Source: the human T2T-CHM13v2.0 reference genome, Homo sapiens
DNA length: 64,000 nt
Reading direction: 5' to 3' (one strand)
NCBI RefSeq assembly: GCF_009914755.1
Contig: NC_060931.1
The notes beneath the pieces were generated by a model. That model did no database searches. It worked only from the letters and a program-made list of their open reading frames with translations, and was not told the origin of the DNA. The position numbers were made by a program, and so were the translations under genes. Each line of letters opens with the position of its first letter. The stretch's first letter is position 1. Positions 27,247-41,047 of this stretch are shown here, one piece after another.

Positions 27247-28799
27247 ATGATTATTCAAGGATCTTGATGTTTCTCTTTGTATATATGTGATGAGTTTGAA
27301 ATATTTGTATTTCCTTGCAGATTTTATTCAAAGCAAAAAAACTTTTTAAAATGAATCTCTAGCACTTTCTTTATGATAAAAGTAAGCATGACCAAAAAAT
27401 CACATCTGATTTGTCAGATTATGTAGCATTATAAATAATCAAGGGCTTTGAAATACCAGTTGTTGCTACCCATTATACAGGTATCATTAGCTATGAAAAG
27501 ATAATTTTATCTGAATCTACAACAAAAGTGTAATAAGCATTTACTTACGATTGTTAAAGAACTTTCATTTGTCTGTATCCAGGTTTTACTCATGGAACAC
27601 CTATCTCCAAAAACACTCAGACTATGTCTATACAAGTAAAGCAGCACAGTAATATCAGATACACAGCCAGGCAAAATGAAACTCAGGCTATCCAGGAGAA
27701 AAAAAGTAAATTCAATAATTTCCACCTGAGTCATGTACAATTCAGTTTAACTTACTTTAATGCATTGGTAAAAGTATAACATAAAACATTTCCTGAAAGA
27801 ACAAATTATACATTAGCTGTCAGGACTTGCTAACTCAACTGTTTGCTTCAGAAGTTTTTCATAATTAGCAAAAGTAATCACAAACTTTATCTTTCATAGT
27901 GGTGAGCCATTTATTACTAAAGACAATAGAGCTAATCGTGCAAATTAGGAAAATCAATTAGGCTATTCAGTAAGTGGAGTCCAGTTTTTCTATTTTTTGT
28001 TCTATTGCAAAGGATGATTATTCATTATTACATGGGGGATAAGGAACCTCCTTGGGCACAAATTTGAACTCTGCATTATTGGAGTTCAGACATACAGAGA
28101 TATATTCGCAGGCAGTGAAGAAAGGAGTTGAGAGCAGCAATTCTGAACTGGAGCCAGGGCAGACAAGAGTGCCCTTGAGAAAAAACTCAGCATAAAAGAA
28201 AAAGAAATCTAGGACTCTAGAATTGCAAACCAGATTCATCAAGGGAACAACATACTATGGGACCACTTAACTAATGACACATGTCATTCCGTAATCAACC
28301 AGCTCTGAGATGCAGCAGTCAAGTACCATAGTCTCACCTGCATGGCAAAGTGCCAGCTCCTCCAGTACTGAGAAGGAGAAATCAAGTTTCAACCTTCCTA
28401 GTACCAAGACATTATAGAGGCTGCAGCTTGGAATTGTTTGCAGGTGAAGTGGCACCTCAGTGAAACTTTCAGGGACAATAGCCGAGTTCTGGCTTGATTA
28501 TGGGAGCCCTGTCTTGTTAGCCATGGTAACAAGCAACAATAGGCCTATTCTGAAACACAGAATATACCTTTTTGAGGATTCCTAGTTATAAGAGAAAGGG
28601 AATCAACAAGGGCCTTAAAAGCAAGGCACAAAACATCTAGATTCCATTTTTACTCATAGATTGGTAAGAACTAAATCATTCACACTTTGTAGCTTTTCTG
28701 AAGTTTTTACAATGGTTGGGTAATATTGTTATGAGCCAAATAAAACAATAAAAGATGTCTTTAAAAGAACAATTATAATGTTCTGGTATAAGCTTGAAT

Positions 28800-29700
28800 T
28801 TTACTCACCTCGCCAACATCTATAGAGCATATTCCATATGCCAGGTCAGTGCTAAACAGAGGATATATCAAGATAGAAATGATCTAGTCTCTACTCGCAG
28901 TCATGGGGAAGACAAATTTTAGTGCACCAATGGATTCTAAATGTACTGGTATCACTTAGGAAGAAATGACCAGTTCCCTTTACAAGAGCAAAGCCAGGAA
29001 AGTATAAGGTTGAGCCAGAAAAAAATAAACTGTTGTTTGAGCTGGGTATTGTGTATGTAAAAGTTCCTCAGAATGGGAGGGCAGGGTGTAATGTGATGTG
29101 TTGGAAGACCTAGCTTAGAGTGGCTGCAACAGAATATGTGAAAGAAATACCAGATTACATATAGACAAAGGATAGATAGGTCAAGGTCATTGTATGACAT
29201 GAAACTAAGTTTGGGTTTTGCCCTTTAGGGAGTAGGGAAGCCAGTAAAAACTTTAAATAGGAGCTAAACATTATTCGGGAGCTCCTACACATTATTATTT
29301 TAGGCGCTAAACATGATCAGATTTGCATTCTAGAAAGAACTATCTGTAGACTATCCAGGAGATTAATTTGATGGTGAGGGGCAAAGGGTGAAGACAAGTT
29401 AGAAAACAACAAAAATATTTAAGGAGACAACTGCAATATCCCAGGGCAGAGACAATAAATTCCCAAATGAAGGTCATTACAGAGAAGAAGATAAAAGAAG
29501 AGAGCTAATGAAATATGATAGGAAGATAGAAGTTCTCATCATTCATGAACAATAGAAGATGAGGAACAAGGGGGAGGAAGGCATTTAGGGCAGAGCTTCT
29601 AGGATTCTTTTAGCTTGGATAACTTAAGAATGATACCATTAAACAGGATAGAAAAATTCCACAGAAGGAGCAGATATTTTAACCAAAACAAAAACAGTGT
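28800..29700 (-). mobile_element. L2 (degenerate)
   Basis: 'aacatctatagagcatattccatatgccagg' and 'catgatcagatttgcattctagaaaga' resemble antisense L2. Confidence 0.55.
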
Positions 29701-30279
29701 GTGCTCTGTACATTGTATTGCTGTTTACAATCATCTCAGTTGTTAAGGAATGCAGTGTGTTTTTTTAGTTTCAGGGTACACAAATATAATTATGAAAGAC
29801 ATATAGTTTGGGAAGCGGAAAGGAAAAGGTATTTTTCCTGCTCCTTTGAAAGGGTAATTTTTAAATAAAACTTTTGATATGGTCAACACACTTATATCTG
29901 GATAATTATAGATATGAACGTAGATATGAGGGTCACTATGCTATAACACGCACAGGGTCCTCCTGGAGTAGAAGGAACAGCGCCTAGAAAACAGCTGGCT
30001 GTGAGCCCAGTGCCTTCCTTCTCCAAGCAGAGCTCTCCTTCCTGAACAAAATGAGTCCACCTGGGGTTTATTTTCTTTAAAGATTTGCTCAATAGAGATT
30101 TTATTATCTTTGGTTTAAAATAAAAGTTAAAATGATATATTTACTATTTTAATGAGTTACATTTAATGTTTTATGGCAACAAAAAAGAAATATCTGATTC
30201 TGATGTGATTTTTCAGATCATAGACTACATGTCTAAAGAAGCCTATAAGAAATTATGGCCTATTAAGTGTGGAATCTGA

Positions 30280-30885
30280 GACTGCTGGCAAGATGGCCGA
30301 CTAGGAACAGCTCTGGTGCACAGCTCCCAGCAAGATCCACGCAGGAGGTAGGTGATTTCTGCATTTCCAACTGAGGTACCCGGTTCATCCCATTGGGACT
30401 GGTTAGACAGTGGGTGAAGCCCAAGGAGGGCGAGCCAAAGCAGGGTGGGACATCACCTCACCAGGGAAGCACTAAGGTCAGGGAACTCCGTCTCCTAGCC
30501 AAGGGAAGCCATTAGGGATTGTACTGTGCACACCAGCCCAGATACTACGCTTTTCCCACGTTCTTCACAACCCTCAGACCAGGAGATTCCCTCCGGTGCC
30601 TATGCCACCAGGGCCCTGAGTTTCCAGCACAAAACTGGGCAGCCGTTTGGGCAGACACCAAGCGAGCCACAGGAGATTTGTTTCATACCCCAGTGGCACC
30701 TGGAACACCCATGACACAGAACCGTTCACCCCTGTGGAAAGGAGGCTGAAGCCAGGGAGCCCAAGTGGTCTGGCTTGGTGGGTCCCACCCCACAGATCCC
30801 AGCAAGCTAAGATCCACTGGCTTGAAATTCTCGCTGCCAGCAGAGCAGTCTGAACTCGAGGGAGGCTCAAGCTTGGTGGCGGGAG
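30280..30885 (+). mobile_element. Isolated L1PA 5' UTR (L1PA7/8-like)
   Basis: YY1 box caagatggccga, 'gatttctgcatttccaactgaggtacc', 'ctagccaagggaagcc', 'gctaagatccactggcttgaaattctcgctgccag'; no ORF1 follows. Confidence 0.88.
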
Positions 30886-31339
30886 TACTTTCAGTACTGG
30901 CTTATCTTCATGTATTTCTATAAGAACTCTGTTTTCTCTCCTATTAAAACTGCTATTACACATCTTCCTTCCACTAAAATCAACAATAGTGTCTCCACTT
31001 ATACCCAGTTGGTAGATTTTCCTTAGGAAATAGATGCAATTGGAAGAGAATGAGTTCATCTTCTCACCAACAAAATCTCTTGATTGATGTACATGCGTCT
31101 GGTACCCATATCTTCTGCATATTACAACAGAAAAATTATCCCTCTCCCAGTCTATGTCTAACTCAAAGAGTTTTGGTCTTAAATTGCACTCATTTCTCTT
31201 GTGTCATCAATTTACCCCTTTCTGCTGGATTATTCCCATTAATACTCAAGCATTAGATTAAATAAATAAATAAATAAAAATTTGGACCAACGTCCCCCTG
31301 TAGTTTCTACCCATTTCTCTGCTAACCTTTAAAACAAAA

Positions 31340-33400
31340 TTACTATAGATACTTGCCACTTTGATATTAATTTACCTATTCAGCTTTCTTTTGGTTAGTA
31401 TTTGCATGACATATGTTTTCTCATCCTATTATTTACAACCTTTCTATTTTCCTATGTTTTTAGATGTCTTTTGAGAACCGTATATAGTTTAGTTTTTTAA
31501 AAAAAAATTCAGTCAGGCAATCTTTGCTTTTAATTGCAACATATAGGCCTACATATTTAATGTCATAATTGATATATTTGGACTTCATTATACCACCTTA
31601 CTATTTGCTTCCCATTTCCTCATTAGTTCTATGTTTTTTTTCTTTCTCTCTTATATGACCTCATTTCAGATTGATTGAGATTATTTATTATTTCAGTTTT
31701 CCCTTCTCAAGCAAGCATACTTTATCTTACTATTTTTAGAAGTTACTCTAGAGATTATAATATCATCATTGACATAGCAGTCTAATATTAATTGGCACTT
31801 TTACCTCTTCTTGTTCAATGTCAGGAACGTCTACCCTTTAACTTCAGTTAACCCCCTTTTGACATATATGCTATTGTTGTCATGTGTTTTAATTCTATAT
31901 ATATTTAAACTCAATAGAAATTATAATTATGGTTTTATATTTATTGAGATTTATACACAGTTACCCTTTCGGTTAAAAAAAAAATCTTTAGTGTTCCTTT
32001 TAGTGTGTAATGCATGCCTGCTGGAAAAAAAAATTTTTTTCACAAGTTTTTGTTCTTAAAATATCTTTATTTTATCTTCATTATTAAAGAATACATTTTA
32101 GATGCTTAGAAATCTAGGAGGGCAGTTATTTTCTTTCAGAACTTTGTAGAAAGTTTCATTGTTTCTGATGAAAGACAAAAAATCTCATTCTAACCATTGC
32201 TTCAAGAGATCCCTATGGCTACTTTATAATTTTTTTTTTTTTTGCGTTAGTTTTCAGTACTTTTGCTATAGTGAGGTTAACTTTGGTTTTCCTATTAGTT
32301 ATCTTAGTTAGGGCTTGTAGGCATTCTTGAACCTGGAGTTTAATACGATTATCAGATTTGGAAAATTCTCAGCCATTATCTTTTCAAATATTGCTGATGT
32401 CCCATTTTTCTCTCTCCTTTTTCAGGATTTCAATTACCCATGCTAGATGTTCTCATTATATCTCCTATTTTATAACTCTGTCTTTTTATTTTCTTTTTTT
32501 TCTATACTTCCTCCTGGGTAATCCTACCTATTTCTTAATTCTCTCTTCAATTGTGTCTAATTGGTTATTAAATCTATCCACTGAATTTTTAGTTTTAGTT
32601 CTGAGGTAAACTCAGTTTTATAATTTTAATTTGTTTTCATAGCTTCCAATTTTCTGTCAAATTTCCTACTCTTGTCCTTAATCTCCTTCAGCAGAATAAG
32701 AATCTTAAAGGTAAATCTATTATCATCTGAAGTTCATATGAGTCTGTTTCTATTGTCAGGTTTTTTTCTCCTTATTTTTCATTAATTCATTTTATGTCCT
32801 AACATGAACTGGTTATTTTTACTGAGTGCTGGACCTTATAGTTTTTTAAAATCATACAAATAATTTGAAGCTATGATGACATTATGTTACTCCAGAGAGA
32901 ATTTGTGTTTTCTTCAGACAGCCAGTTAGGGGCTCTAACAATGTGGGAATCTCTTAATCCAATTTTAAGAATTGAGTTTACTTAAAATTGGGTTTAAGCC
33001 CCTGCCAAACTTGAACTACTTCTGGTTCACATTTATTCCTAAGAGTAAGTTCCCTGAGATTCCGACCCAGAGCTTGATGGAGAGTGGCTCCAAGGGCTCT
33101 CCTCCTTGGCATACTCTGGATTACAGATTTTGTTCCATTAGTCTCTTGAGGCTACTAAAAGTACTGTTCAAGTCTTGTAACCTCTCTGTTACCTCTTCTA
33201 GAATCCCCTAATGGAAAAGTAAACCTCAGTGCTGGGTTTACCTCTCTTGGGTTCTTTCTTCCTCCAAGACTTATTACCCATCACCATTTTGTTAGCTACT
33301 CAACACCTTCAGGCACAGAGTTTTTATAATTGGTCTTGCTTTTCTAGTTGATCCCAGGTTAGGTACATATAACCCAGGAATGACCAGCAGCAGAAATCAC
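31340..33400 (-). mobile_element. Old L1M fragment (antisense)
   Basis: T-rich tract with 'ttggaaaattctcagccattatcttttcaaata' and 'cagctttcttttggttagtatttgcatg'. Confidence 0.7.
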
Positions 33401-33499
33401 TAGAGAGAGTTGATTACATTTGTTATCTCTATGTCCCCCTCTTCCATTTTCTCTCTTCTATTCTGTACAATTTTATCTCTCACTGTTGCACTACACCTC

Positions 33500-34885
33500 T
33501 CTTGTCAAGATGACCAAGTGATAAAATCTCAGTCCTCACTTTACTTGCTCACCCAGTAATATTTGACAAGTTTATTCCTCTCTTTCTTGAAACATTTTAT
33601 TTTCTTGGCTTCTGGGAAAACCTACTCCCTGAGTGACTTTTCTGTGTCATTTGCTGGCTCCTCTTCCCTTTCCTATCATCTCAATGTTAGCAAGATTGAC
33701 TCTTTGATGTCCTTTTCTTCTCTTTTTATAACCACAATAGAAGTAATCATCTCCTTTAATCTCATGGCCTTAAATATTAGGTTGGTGTAAAAGTAATTGC
33801 TTTTTTCCCCATTACTTTCAATGGCAAAAATCTCAATTACTTTTGCACCAACCTAACAAAAAACATCAAAAGTATGTTGATGAGTCCCAAATTTATATCC
33901 CTAGGCTTTCACCTGAGCTGCAGCCTATTACATCTGCCTTTTTGACAACTTCTCTTGAATATCTAAGAAGCATCTCAAACATAAGATTCTAAAGGCAAAA
34001 TCTTAATTTCTTTCCCATTCTCGCCCAGTTGCTCAAGACAGACACTCAGGAGTTATCTTTGGTACTTCCTTTTACTTCATACCCATATCCCATTTACCAG
34101 CAAATTCTACGGGCTTGACCACCAAAATATGTTTTGCATCCAACTGCAACCTCACTAAACTCATCGAGGTCCAAGTCACAGCAATCTCTCTCCTAGGATT
34201 CTTGCAACAAACTTCCAAAATGGTCTTCCTGTTCCCACTCTTGCCCTCATCCCCTGCTACCACTAGCAGAATATTTTCCACCCAGCAACCAGTGTAATTC
34301 TTCAAAAATGTAAATGCTATCCGGTCACTCCTATGCACAAAACTCTCCAATGTTTTCACATAAATTTTAAAATAAAACCCAGGCTCTTTACCATGGTCTA
34401 CAAATCCCCAAAACATCTGGACCCTGCTCGCTTTCTGAACTCATCTCCTGCCACTCTTTACCTCACTCAAGCCACTCACATTCCACTGGTATTCTTGCGT
34501 GTCTTCAAAAATAAGCTCATTCCTACCTTAGGCCCTTCGTATTCTCTATATCCTCTGTCTAGAATGTTCTACCTATGCCTCAGTTTTTACATGATTAGTT
34601 TTTTTTCATCATTCACATCTATGTTGAGATGTCACCTCTTCAGAGTGCCTTTCTCTGACTACTCTACGTAAAATAGCTCCTTTCCTGTATCCTTTTCCTG
34701 GGCTTTATAGTTTTCATTACTCTGCATATTATGTCTTTTATAGGTGTACTTGTGTTTCCTGGTTGTCTGGTTCTCCTACTCAAAAGAACAGAGATTTTAT
34801 CTTATTTGTGACAGTATTCTCATGACTTAGAGCCTGGCACATCGTAGAAGCTCAATAAATAATTGTTAGATGAATGAATGAATGA
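33500..34885 (+). mobile_element. L2
   Basis: L2 body motifs ending 'gcctggcac...ctcaataaat...tgaatgaatgaatga'. Confidence 0.8.
33777..33856. mobile_element. MADE1 (80-bp mariner MITE)
   Basis: ttaggttggtgtaaaagtaattg...caattacttttgcaccaacctaa; exactly 80 bp, near-palindromic, TA on the left flank. Confidence 0.92.
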
Positions 34886-34953
34886 GGAACATGGTTGTGT
34901 TATCAACAAATGGTTGAGATAGTAGTATTTAGAAAACAAAAATGACTTAGATA

Positions 34954-35140
34954 AGTGATTCTCAAAGTACGCTCCACAGACCAGGAGTACCACCATCATC
35001 TAGGAGCTTACTAGAAATGCAAATCCTGGGACCCCCCAGCCCAGACCTACTAAGTTAGAAACTGGAGATAAGCAGAGTGATCTATTTTTTATCAAGACCT
35101 TCCAAAGATTCTGGATGCATGGTAAGTTTGAGAACCACTG
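34954..35140. mobile_element. MER5A
   Basis: 'gattctcaaagt...ggagcttactagaaatgcaaatcctggg...gtttgagaaccactg'. Confidence 0.8.
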
Positions 35141-35144
35141 GTTT

Positions 35145-35347
35145 CAGGGATAGGCCAAACCTAGCCTACTACCTATTTTATAATAAAATTTTATTGGAAC
35201 ACAGCCACTTGCATTCATTTACGTGTTATCTATGGCTGCTTTTGCACTACAACAGCAGTACTGAGTACTTGCAACACAGACATTATAGCCCACAAAGCCT
35301 ATAATATTTACTATCCAGCCCGTTATAAAACAATTTTGATTACCTCT
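35145..35347. mobile_element. MER58-like hAT MITE
   Basis: 'aataaaattttattggaacacagccac...cattcatttacgtgttatctatggctgcttt'. Confidence 0.75.
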
Positions 35348-36250
35348 AGTTTAGATCAACGCCTTATGCAATGTAATTACGGCAAAGTAAACACATACGA
35401 TTTATCTTCTTTTTCACCGAAATCCCACTGAAATTAAAGAAAAGCTATGGCTAAAGAAGGCACCATAGCATACTGAAAAACAAAAAAGGGTAGCATCAGT
35501 GGACCAGATTATTTGAGGAATTTCCAGGACATAAAAAACATCTCGGAGAGAGGAGACAACAGTGAGATCAGATTAAAAGAAACAAGTATAGAGACTGCAC
35601 CACAAGATTCAAATAGAGGCTATTGCAAAAAGCAGCAATAGTTTCTAAGAAAACCGCAGATGAGTATTATTTTCCAAGTAAGCAAGCTAAATCAACCACC
35701 GAGAAAACATTGGGTAAATCATTAAAGGACTACCATCAGAAGATCTGGCCAGTGACCCTTCTACCCAAAGACTTGCACAGCTGGCTACAGATCTCATTTA
35801 TAAACAAAGCTAAAAGGCTTTGGGAAAGGCTCATGGCTTCAGTATTGGAGTCTGAGAAGCAGAGTACAGCAAGACTGCCACAGTGACAGCAGAGGCACAG
35901 GAAGAAAAGGGAAGTCTGACTAGAGCATTTGCCACCAAGAAAAAGTGTCATGTACAGGTCTCTAAAGTAAGAGTACTGAAATAGGAGACTCCCAGAATAG
36001 CTTCAGGAAAAAGTACAAGGTAAGGACAGGAAGCCCATGTTTACCCAGTAAACAAACTACTTCCCCATAGTTATGGATTAAATTATGCCCCCCCAAAAAG
36101 ATATGTTAAAGTCCTAATCCCTGGTACCTCAGAATGTGACCTTATTTGGAAATAGGTTATTGCAGATGTAATTAGTCAAAATGAGGTTACAATGGAGTAT
36201 GGTGGTCTCTCAATCCAATATGACTTGTGCCCTTGTAAGAAGAGAGAGAT

Positions 36251-36936
<686 letters not shown>

Positions 36937-37413
36937 AGACAGAGGCAGAGAAGCTCGAAGAAGAAAATAATCTCCTAGAGGCTTTGGAGGTTGCATGGCC
37001 TGACAGTACTTAGATTTTGGACTTTTAGCCTCCAGTACTGTGAAAAAATAAATTTCTATTAAGCCACTTAGTTTGTGGTTTGTTAGGGCAACCCTAGGAA
37101 ACTAATACAGTAGACCTCTGGGCCACACATTCTACTGCTCCCTCTTTATCACCAAAAGTGGAACCCGAATTAACAGACAATCAAATTATCACCAAATACT
37201 TGGGGAAAATTAACATCATTAGAAAGGATCATCTGATTCAAATAACTGAATAACTAAAACTTGAAGAAAATTAATGGCAGCAACAGAATAAGACTTTTTA
37301 AGTATAATTTATTTGGAGGTATTCGAGAATATATTACTTTAATTAGCAAAAATATGACAGCTATGAAAAAAACAGAAACAATTGGGATTCTTGGAATTAA
37401 GACTATTATTACT

Positions 37414-37545
37414 ATTTTTTTTTTCTTAGGGATGAGATCTCACTATGTTGCTCAGGCTAGACTCTAACTCCTGGGCTCTAGTGATCCTCCTGCCTCTGGC
37501 TCCCAAGCAGCTGGGACTACAGACCAGCATCACCACACCCAGTTT
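37414..37545 (-). mobile_element. FLAM / Alu monomer
   Basis: Poly-T, then 'ctcactatgttgctcaggct...ctgggactacag'. Confidence 0.8.
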
Positions 37546-37700
37546 AGTTACCAAATATTTTTTAAACTATAAAAAACTATTCTGCATAGTAAAACACTGT
37601 TTATTAAGTTAAAAAAAGAAAAACACTCATGGAAAACAACAAAATACCTTTTGGCATACAAAAAGACATGCATATTTAAGAACATATATGAAATATCTTA

Positions 37701-39566
<1,866 letters not shown>

Positions 39567-40130
39567 ACATTACCCGACTTAAAATTATATTACAAGGCTT
39601 TCTATCAGGGTAAACTGTCAGTCAAAAAAAGAACAAAAAAGAAATAGAAAAAAATTATGCTACAAAAATATAGTAATCAAAATATCATGGTACTGGCATA
39701 AAAATGGACACATAGATAAACAGAACAAAATAGAGAACTCAGAAGTAAAGCCATGTACCTCCAGCCAACTCATCTTTAACCAAGTTGACAAATGTAGAAG
39801 AATGAAACTGGTCCCCTATCTCTCACCATATACAAAAATTAACCCAAGATAGATTAAAGACTTAAATTTAAGACCCAAAACTAAAAAAATCCTAGAAGAA
39901 CACCTAGGAAAAACTCTTCTGGACATTGGCCTAGACAAAGAATTCATGACTAAGGCCTCAAAAGATTCAGAGGGGTAGGAGGGGAGTAAAGGATGAGAAA
40001 TTACTCAGTAGGTACAATGTACGTTATTTGGGTAGTGGTTACACTAAAAGCCCAAACTTTACCTTTATGTAATATAACCATTTAAGAAAACGAACTTGTA
40101 TTCCCTAAATTTATACAAATTAAAAATGAA
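39567..40130 (+). mobile_element. L1MA/L1PB fragments (ORF2 3' part and 3' UTR)
   Basis: 'catggtactggcataaaaatggaca', 'ggaaaaactcttctggacattggcctag', 'ggttacactaaaagccc'; continues the piece at 38081-38122. Confidence 0.8.
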
Positions 40131-40980
40131 TGAATGAATGAAACAAGACACATGGGCAAATTATAAAACTGTGCTATGAATTAAGATGGTGTGATTAACT
40201 ATTTACACCCAGGATCCAAAAAGGAGAAAACTTTACATATTAATAGGGAAACTAATTTCCAAAATAGATATAGCTGAAGATTAATTTACAGAACTAAACG
40301 TCTAAACTGAGGGATTCTCCCAGAACACAGTTCAAAAGAAAAAATTCATAAAATGGAAAACTTTAAAGAAGAGTTAAGGGGCATGAAAAGAGACCCAAAT
40401 GATCTCAAATACCCATAGTGTAAGTTTCAGAAGGATGCAATAGAAGCAATAAAATAAGAAAACAAATAAATAATGGAGGGAAATTTCTTGGAGCTAGAGA
40501 AAGACACTAGACTTCAGAGCAAAACCTCTGTAAGATGAAGGGGCTGAGGAGGGAGGGGAGGAATGCACGCCTTTGCAAGCTTGATGGAACTTCAGGCCAC
40601 CAAGGATAAAGAGAAAAATCCCAAAAACTTCCATAAGGAAGAAACAGACTTTTTTCTTTGGAAAGAAGAATCTGATTCCAAATAATTGAGGAGACAAAGT
40701 AGGTGACTATGCACATTGCTAAGATTTGGCTCTAGAAAAAGCTGGGCAGTAGATGGTATTGCTAGAAGGGATGTCATCAATAGTGAGCTAAGTGTACTAA
40801 AATTATCATTTTTCTCACAAAGCTTCATGTTCTGAAGGGAAAGAGGCAATTATAATTCTGGTCCCAGCTATAAATGGGCTGGTGCCAATGTATCATCACC
40901 CAACTGCTTCTCTAAAATCCAGCTAGCATCCGTCTCTCATAAGAAGCAGCATTTATACGAAGACATTCTAATGTCTACAC

Positions 40981-41047
40981 ATCTATAATCCAATATCTGT
41001 AATATAATCTATAATCTAATATCTGTAATCCAATATAATATCTGTAA
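40981..41047. repeat. Degenerate short tandem repeat (atctgtaatccaat-like)
   Basis: Units atctataatccaat/atctgtaat seen directly. Confidence 0.7.
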
